Below, in pieces: positions 55,741-64,000 of a stretch of 64,000 nucleotides of DNA. The notes under the pieces are model-generated. The model was not told where the DNA came from. It was given only the letters and a program-made list of their open reading frames with translations, and searched no databases. The stretch is from Octopus vulgaris (Eukaryota). Every line of letters starts with the position of its first letter. The stretch's first letter is position 1. The stretch covers positions 38,130,001 to 38,194,000 of the forward strand of contig OX597822.1 of NCBI GenBank assembly GCA_951406725.2, written 5' to 3'. The translations under genes were made by a program, and so were the position numbers.

Positions 55741-55854
55741 GGTGTGTAGGTTGGTGGTTATGGTGGTGGTGATGGTGATGGTGGTGGTGGTAGTGGTGGG
55801 AGGTGATGGTGGTCGTGTTGGTGGGGGTTATTTGTGGCAGCGGTGATGATGATT

Positions 55855-55924
<70 letters not shown>

Positions 55925-56011
55925 CAGCAGCAGCAGCGGTAGTAGTAGTGTCTACGTGGAGACACCATTACTACCACCGCCGTTAGTTTGGTAGTAGTAG
56001 TGATGATGATA

Positions 56012-56410
56012 ATCTTTTCTACTGGATGATCAAGTCCTCAGATTTGGGGGGAGAGGACTAGTTGATTACATCGACTCCAGTACTCAACTGGTGCTTAATT
56101 CATCGACCCCGAAAAAATGAAAGGCAAAGTCGACCTCGGCGGAATTTGAACTCAGAACGTAAAGACAGACGAAATACCTAATTCTTTAATACCCACAGGG
56201 GCTAAACACAGAGAGGACAAACAAGGACAGACAAACGGATTAAGTCGATTATATCGACCCCAGTGCGTAACTAGTACTTATTTAATCGACCCCGAAAGGA
56301 TGAAAGGCAAAGTCGACCTCTGCAGAATTTGAACTCAGAACGTAACGGCAGACGAAATACCGCTAAGCATCTCGCCCGGCGTGCTAACGATTCTGCTAGC
56401 TCACCGCCTT
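56012..56410 (-). mobile_element. SINE family B dimer
   Basis: Two core copies. Confidence 0.8.
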
Positions 56411-56799
56411 AGTGATGATGATGATGTCTTTTAGTGGTGTTGGTGTTGATGCTGGAGTTGTGTAGCCCTAGGTCAAATCTGATCCAGCAGTCTAATGGTA
56501 CGCGGGTGATTGGCTAAATGACGTTTTTGCTTTGTTTTTTGGGGGGTTTTTTCACTCGTCGAAAATCATGCTACGTACTTTGATATGCAATGACGAATGG
56601 TATACATTGCAATGTGACAGTCTGACCAAGTTGCACTCTTTCCGCTGTCCATTCTATTTTTGTATGCCTGTAGATTCTTGCGAAGGCCATGAAGGTGGGG
56701 GGGCCAGGGTTGACTGGGTCAAAGGGTTTCTGTCCCTCTACATTTATCGTCAGAATGCAGCTATTTCTGTTCCATTTATGTCAATGTGAATATGTTTGC

Positions 56800-57220
56800 T
56801 TTTGTCTGGGATGAGTAGGAGAGATAGTATTGTTAGGATAGCGTTATAGTAGTGTTGCAAGGGTGTTGCTGTGTCAGGATTGAGTAACAACGGCAGAGTT
56901 CTTAGGATGGCCTTGTAGTAGTGCCTTGGGGATGTTATCGATGCATTTGTGTTGTGAGATGTTGTGGATGCTTGTGTTGTGAGGCGTTGTAGATGTTTGT
57001 GTTGTGAGGTGTCGTAGATGTATCTGGATTGAGTGGAAGAGACAGAGTTCTTAGGTTAAAGTTGTGGAGTGTTGTAGATGTGTTTGGATTGAGTGGGAGA
57101 GACAGAGTTCTTATGTTGGTGTCATAGTAGTGTTGTGGTGTGTCGAAGATGTGTCTGGATTAGGTGGGAGACACAGTGTTGTTAGAATAGTATTGTGGTA
57201 GTGTTGTGGGATGTCAGGAC
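56800..57220. repeat. Diverged 60-70-bp minisatellite (about 5 units) with a 22-nt sub-repeat
   Basis: Recurring ggattgagtgg.agagacagagttcttag...gtagtgttgt; ttgtgttgtgag x3. Confidence 0.65.
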
Positions 57221-57995
57221 ATGGTTTTTTTTCATATAACGAGGACCGTTGGAGATTGAAGTTTGCTATAATCAACCGTGCTCCTCGTAAATCCGGGTGG
57301 TTTTCATTTATATTATTTTTGTTTGTAGTAAAATTGGTGTTTCCTATAGTAATGGTGGAACTCGAGGTGATGGTGATGGCTGGGTGATGGTGGTGGCAGA
57401 CGTGGTGGTGGCGGTGGCGGCGGCGGCGGCAGTGGTGATTGTGGTGGTAGTAGTTGTAGTGGTAAGCGTCATGGTAGAAGTGGTAGTAGTAGTAGTAGTA
57501 GTAGACGTTGTTGTAATAGTGGTGGTGGTGGTACAGTGGTGATAACAATAATGGTAGTGGTTGTCGATGTGGTGGTGGGGGTGGGGCGATGGTGGCGGCG
57601 GGGGTGTTTTTTTTACTAGCGATGAGATTTGTGGTAGTGGTGATGGTACCTCTGGTAGCTACGGTAATTGTGGTAGAGATGATTGTGGTTGTGTGGGTGT
57701 AGGAGGTTTCTATGTTGGTTGTGGTGGTAGTAGTAGCTGTAGTGGTGATGGTTAAGATGTGAGAAAGTGTACTTCATCAGAAGCCTTATCTGAAGAGTAT
57801 TAAGTGTATATATATAATGGCATAATGGAAGTAGCGAGTGGTGGTGGTGGTGGTGGTGGTGGTGAGACGGGGTGGAGAAGCGATTGGTGATCACTACAAC
57901 TGTAGAATGACATATGAGATAGGGGTGGAGAAGATAGAGTTGCAGACTACAAGGGATGATTGGAAATACTACTACTACTACCACCAATAACAATA

Positions 57996-58039
<44 letters not shown>

Positions 58040-58047
58040 CGATGATG

Positions 58048-58093
<46 letters not shown>

Positions 58094-58101
58094 CGATGAT
58101 G

Positions 58102-58140
<39 letters not shown>

Positions 58141-58141
58141 T

Positions 58142-58308
58142 ATAACATACAGAAGATAGCACTACTAGACACAGCACATATCCTACGCAAAACACTTTCA
58201 ATACAGTAACCATAAGAGCATCACAGCAAACCACAGCACATACCCAAGGCACACAGAGCTGCACTCAGTAGTGAAGTGAAAGCACATGATAAAAATAAGA
58301 CTACTGAA
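58142..58308 (+). mobile_element. 3' end of an R4/Dong-like LINE embedded in (AAT)n
   Basis: NIQKIALLDTAHILRKTLSIQ* plus 3'UTR; reverse-oriented copy at about 62125-62288. Confidence 0.7.
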
Positions 58309-58324
58309 TAATAATAATAATAAT

Positions 58325-58965
58325 TTATTCTTTTATTAGCCACAAAGGCTCACAAAATGACATTAAGAGACATACAACAGCATAAAAGATAAAGACAGGA
58401 CGATACAATGGGTTTTACAACGTGTAAACAATATAAACAATTAGAAATTAAGCTAATTGAAACTCCCAATAGGGGAGGCGCTTTAAGGACCTCGTGAAAA
58501 ACGTACAAAAAGCCACGGGTGCCTGAACAACGGGGAAGGGACCTTCTCCATTTTTTTTTCACAGGTGCACACTCTGTACGCTCTAGTCCAGTGCCTGAAT
58601 ATTGCTGACCTGTGGGCTTATGTCAAACACCTACTGTCGCGTGTGGGATGCATCCGGCTATCAACTGAATCCATTGTGAAGATTGCCCCGCCGCCCTCTT
58701 TTGGCCGGGAGGGGCAGGCAATTTTTATTTGTCTAGTGGCTGTAGCAAAAGTGGTAGTACGGTGGACCCCGTTTGAAAGGGCTAAAGACAGGCACTTCCC
58801 TCTTTGGCCAAGCCCTCATCAACTTTTTCAAGTTTGACTTGAAAAGGAAGCTGAGTGGGAAGAGGGAAGTGTTACCTTCTACCAAGTTTGTTGAAAGGTG
58901 TGTGAATGTTGGAAGAATGGCCAGTGTGAAAGAACCAATTCTGTGCGTGCACCTGTAAAAAAATA
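58325..58965. mobile_element. Tx1/L1-like LINE 3' fragment with 5' inversion
   Basis: 58573-58958 (+) reads as an ORF2 C-terminus (ALVQC..LW.YV..LL...VAVAK...W / LINFFKFDLKRK...F). 58325-58572 (-) starts with the same gtgcacctgt+A-run and ends in an aataaa tail. Confidence 0.65.
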
Positions 58966-58979
58966 GAAAACAAAACTTT

Positions 58980-59149
58980 TGCACAAGGCCAGCAATTTAG
59001 GCGGAGAGCTAAGTCAATTACATCGACCCCAGTGTTTCACTGGTACTTATTTGATCGATCCCGAAAGGCTGAAAAGCAAAGTTAGCATCGACTGAATTTG
59101 AACTCAGAATGTAAAGACGGACGAAATGCTGCTAAGCATTTTGTACGGT

Positions 59150-59202
<53 letters not shown>

Positions 59203-59329
59203 CGATTCTACTAAAGGCACAAAGCGTGAAATTTAGGGGCGGGAGATAGTCGATTGCATCTACCCGAGTACTCAACTGGTACTTATTTTATCGACCTCGA
59301 AAATATGAAAGGCAAAGTCGATCTCGGCG

Positions 59330-59410
<81 letters not shown>

Positions 59411-59532
59411 CAACAACAACAATAACAATAATGGCCTCAAATTTTGGCACTAGGCCATGTTAAGTCGGTTACATCGACCCCAATGCTCAACTGGTACCTT
59501 GACAGTATGAAAAGCAAAGTCAACTCCGGCAG
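58980..59532 (-). mobile_element. SINE family B fragments interleaved with (AAT)n
   Basis: Three partial cores. Confidence 0.7.
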
Positions 59533-59599
59533 AAAACAATAATAATAATGATGATCGTCGTCGTTGTAGTAGTAGTGATGTTGGTCGTGGTCGTGGTCT

Positions 59600-59649
<50 letters not shown>

Positions 59650-60594
59650 CGGGTCGTGGTGATGGTAGTGTTTATTTGTTACAAGTCCAATGAAGACGAG
59701 AAAAAAACGAAGCCAAACGATAACTTAAGAAATCTTACATTAAGAGAATGGCCTTGGTCAAGTATTTTTTCACAGCAATCATAAGGTCCACTGTTTGCAT
59801 GCCACATGGACAGGTGTTCTTTTTTGTTTGTTTGTTTGTTTTCGCCGTTGCCTTTGATCGACTCCGGCCAATTGATGGAAACTGTGCAGAATGAATTGTC
59901 AGATAAACTGTACTTGTACTTCAAAGGGTTCAGCCATGTTGCACACTGTGTCCTGCTCATTCTACTCGAGAGTTACATTAAGAGTACAAAAGTTGGAGCA
60001 AGGACATACTACCGTTTGTAACACACCCCTACCATGCTTCCTTCTTTCCTAGAAGTTGACCGGCGTTTAGAATTTTTCTTTTTTCTTTTTGCAATACTAA
60101 CAAAGGATGAATAATTATTGTTCTAATTCTTGTCGGTGCCGTTGTTAATGTAGTTTAGTTTGCTGTGTGTAAAAAACTGTTTGTCATTTTTTGTCTTGTG
60201 TTTTTGTTTTTTGTTTTTTCTTAAGCCTATTTTTGTGTTTTCAAAACATTTGTGGGGGTATTCGCCGTCTTTCTGCTTAGCGTCTACTGCCGCTACACCT
60301 GAGGCGTTCATAATGAATTACTAATAAATAAGCTAAAATGGACGCTTACAAAACTATACACATATAGTTTTGCAAAAACTAAGAACGAACCTTCTTTTCT
60401 ATCGCAGAAAAATGGGATGGACGTTCAAATATTCCATATACTTTTCTTTCATAAACTGATCGTAGAAAAATCAAAAACAAAACGAAAACAAAAAACAATC
60501 TTCGGTGTGAAATTCTGAGAAAACGTGTGTCAGCAAAAGAACTAGAACAACAACAGCAACAACAACAAGCAACAACAACACCAACAATAATAAT

Positions 60595-60900
60595 CCATTT
60601 TTCTGCCCATTATTGCTGGGAGTGTCGTGGGGCTAAAATCCTCAGGCACCTCCTCGATACGGTCATATCAGAAGCAACCCTCGTTACACTTTATGGCTGG
60701 ATTTCCAATAGTAACCAACTGAGACAATGGCTATTATCTAACCTTCTCGTTCTGGGTCTGCCCTTAGGTCTCCTGCCAGTTGACTTAGCTTGAAGAATCT
60801 GTCTCTTGATTCTTTCCTGCAATATTCCAATCACATGTTCGTAGTACTGGAACTGTGACCTCTCGATGCGGAGAAGTAGCGGCTTGAACTACGGGAGACT
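60595..60900 (-). mobile_element. RTE-clade LINE 3' fragment
   Basis: Minus strand LLLRIERSQFQYYEHVIGILQERIKRQILQAKSTGRRPKGRPRTRRLDN matches the RTE C-terminal GxRPxGRPRxRW motif. Confidence 0.7.
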
Positions 60901-60931
60901 ACCTTAAATCTCGTAGCACATAAAAAGGAAA

Positions 60932-60984
<53 letters not shown>

Positions 60985-60986
60985 TA

Positions 60987-61050
<64 letters not shown>

Positions 61051-61053
61051 CAT

Positions 61054-61479
61054 CGGGCAAAATGCTTAGCGGTATTTCGTCTGTCGTTACGTTCTGAGTT
61101 CAAATTCCGCCGAGGTCGACTTTGCCTTTCATCCTTTCGGGTTCGATAAATAAAGTACCAGTTTCGCGCTGGGGACGATGTAATCGACGTAATCCCTTTG
61201 TCTGTCCTGGTTTGTCCCCTCTATGTTTAGCCCCTTGTGGGTAGTAAAGAATTATTATCATTATTAAGGTGGTGAGCTGGCAGAATCGTTAGCACTGTGG
61301 ACGAAATAGTTAGTGGTATTTCGCTCGTCGCTTCGTCCTGAGTTCAAATTCCGCCAGGGCCGACTTTATCTGTCATCCTTTCGGAGTTGATAAATTAAGT
61401 ACCAGTGAAACACTGGGGTCAATGTAATCGACTTATCCCCTCCCACTAAATTTCAGACCTTGTGCTTATAGTAGAAAGG

Positions 61480-61480
<1 letters not shown>
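61054..61480 (+). mobile_element. SINE family B, two copies in (ATT)n
   Basis: Core match; first copy has tail agccccttgtgggtagtaaagaa. Confidence 0.85.
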
Positions 61481-61532
<52 letters not shown>

Positions 61533-61569
61533 CATTATTATCATTATTATTGTTATTGTTATTATCTTC

Positions 61570-62038
61570 TTTCAATTTTGTTTCCATTTCTTGCTAAGTG
61601 TCTTCCCAACACCTAGGGCAAAGAAATACACTGTATACGTTGGTAGGCCATTAAAACAAACACATCAGACTATTCATTTACAAAGTTATGTAGGAAAAGA
61701 AGAAAAAGAAAGAAGGGGGAAAAAAAGAAAAAACGAAAAAGTAAACCAAAAAAATAAGGGGGGAAAGGAGAAGAAAACTCACAGTGACAATGCTTTTCTC
61801 AGTATGTGTGATGTACCGGTTAAGCCAATCTTTTGCACTTCCTGCATGGATGGTAAGCCAGGGATCATTCTTAAATAATTTTCAGTTCCTTTTTGATCAT
61901 TCCAAGTGTTCATACAATCACTGGTATTGTAACCGTCTTCAGATGCCACATTTTTTTCGATTTCCATCACCAAATCTTTATATATTTTCTGAGCTTATCA
62001 AATTCTTTGGCCGAGATATTATGATCACAGGGTTTGCT
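61570..62038 (-). mobile_element. 3' fragment of a second R4/Dong-like LINE family
   Basis: KYKDLVMEIEK... and YLRMIPGLPSMQEVQKIGLTGTSHILRKALSL C-terminal motif; (ATT)n on both sides. Confidence 0.7.
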
Positions 62039-62039
62039 C

Positions 62040-62130
<91 letters not shown>

Positions 62131-62297
62131 TAGTTTTATTTTTATAGCGTGCTTTCACTTCACTACAGAGCGCGGCTCTGTGTGCCTTGGGTAAGTGTTG
62201 TGATTTGTTGTGGTGCTCTGATGGTTACTGTATTGATAGTGTTTTGCGTAGGATGTGTGCAGTGACCTGTAGTGCAATTTTCTGTATGTTGTTGTTG

Positions 62298-62338
<41 letters not shown>

Positions 62339-62732
62339 GACATTGGGGTAAAATATACAAAGCCCAGTATACCCATCATGACTACCCGTCTGATAAGGTC
62401 ACTGAATAAGGGTTGCTCAAGGATGTTGAACAAAACACCCATGTTTCCAGAGGTGAATTATTCAAACCCCAAAGAATCCCTCTCAACACTTGGCTATGAT
62501 GCTCCTCCACTACTTCTGCTCGTGATCAGAGATGCACATATCGTCAGCTACTAAGGGACATGCTCAACTATTTAAAGTCAAACAACTGACAAGCAAATCT
62601 GTGGTATTGAGCAGAATATTTGCTGTAGCCCATCTTTTATACCAAGACAAAACAATGTACACGATAACACTTCCAATCAGTTAAGATCAGAAGCCATGAG
62701 AGCCACTGCCTGGTACTTCATCAGGACATTTA

Positions 62733-62795
62733 TTATTATTTTTATTATCATTATTGTTGTTATTATGAATATGATCATCATCATCATCATCATCA

Positions 62796-62832
<37 letters not shown>

Positions 62833-62981
62833 CATTATTATTATCATCATCATCGTCATCATCGTCATCATCATTATCATCATCATATTCAGCATCGTCG
62901 TCGCCGTCGTCATCATCATCACCACCATCATCATCATCATCATCATCGTCGTCGTCGTCGTCGTCGTCATCATTATCATCC

Positions 62982-63033
<52 letters not shown>

Positions 63034-63082
63034 AATCATCATCATCATCATCATCATCATCATTATTATTATCATAATTATT
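62733..63082. repeat. (ATC/ATT/GTC)n block
   Basis: Direct inspection. Confidence 0.9.
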
Positions 63083-63350
63083 GCTCCGCTTGTCGCACAG
63101 CTTTAATTGCTGATTGGTTAATACGGGTGCCTGCTATCTACGACCAGTTGATAGCACTCCCTAGGAATGTTGTATTCTGTAAGTGCCACACTCTATTGCT
63201 GTACCCGATTTTTAAACAAAAATAGCTTTTAATTCTGGTGCTGAGCGTACCAACCGTCCCGACTACAACTTTGAGACCACCTCTACCTTTTCCATCGCCC
63301 ACAAGTAATTTATCTCCCATGCTACTAGTTCATACCTCTACATCTTCTTC

Positions 63351-63775
63351 AGGAATGGCTGTGTGGTAAGTAGCTTGCTTACGAACCACATGGTTCCGGG
63401 TTCAGTCCCTCTGCGTGGCACCTTGGGCAAGTGTCTTCTACTATAGCCTCGGGCCGACCAAAGCCTTGTGAGTGGATTTGGAAGGCGGAAACTGAAAGAA
63501 GCCCGTCGTATATATACATATATATGTATGTGTGTATGTGTTTGTGTGTATGTGTTTGTGTGTATGTGTTTGTGTGTATGTGTTTGTGTGTCTGTGTTTG
63601 TCCCCCCAACATCGTTTGACAACCGATGCTGGTGTGTTTACGTCCCAGTAACTTAGCGGTTCTGCAAAAGAGACGGATAGAACAAGTACTAGGCTTACAA
63701 AGAATAAGTCCTGGGGTCTATTTGCTAAACACAGTGCTCCAGCATGACTACAGTCACATGACTGAAACAAAAGAG
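63351..63775 (+). mobile_element. SINE family A
   Basis: Collinear with 10099-10539. Confidence 0.85.
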
Positions 63776-64000
63776 GGTATAAAGTGGAAGGATGGGCAAA
63801 ACGTAATTCAATATATTAAGACCGACTAAACGTTTTTTTTTTTACACAAATCAAATAAAAACAGCCTGAGTAGGGTCGATCCACCCTTCGATCTCAACCA
63901 TTTCCCACTCCGAGTACCGCCATCTGGTACTTCTGAATTTGCACGTGAATATCATTGGTGCTCGCCAAGATGAGACGAATCTCCCACATCATATGTCAAC

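Overview
This is AT-rich, microsatellite-saturated animal DNA. Its SINE families and simple-repeat density resemble Octopus (inferred, not verified). The only host gene I can support is a + strand paired-like Q50 homeobox gene of the Arx/aristaless/Pph13 family. Four phase-compatible exons (1081-1221, 16938-17098, 21586-21661, 39270-39563) are separated by 4.5-17.6 kb introns; the first exon and the stop codon are not located. The rest is mostly mobile DNA: two abundant tRNA-type SINE families, a full-length decayed mariner, mariner and long-TIR MITEs, non-autonomous Helitrons, R4/Dong-, RTE- and Tx1-like LINE relics, and many Penelope-like (GIY-YIG) relics. The most striking hidden structure is about a dozen minimal type I hammerhead ribozyme motifs from several unrelated repeat families. 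They have palindromic stem III, often sit in fold-back hairpins, and include non-canonical catalytic cores (G3:C8, U3:A8, U6). Also notable are a decayed duplicate of the recognition-helix exon, a splice acceptor built from TA microsatellite, a perfect 326-bp inverted repeat and a twin-priming-type LINE inversion. All coordinates were read by eye; repeat boundaries are approximate.
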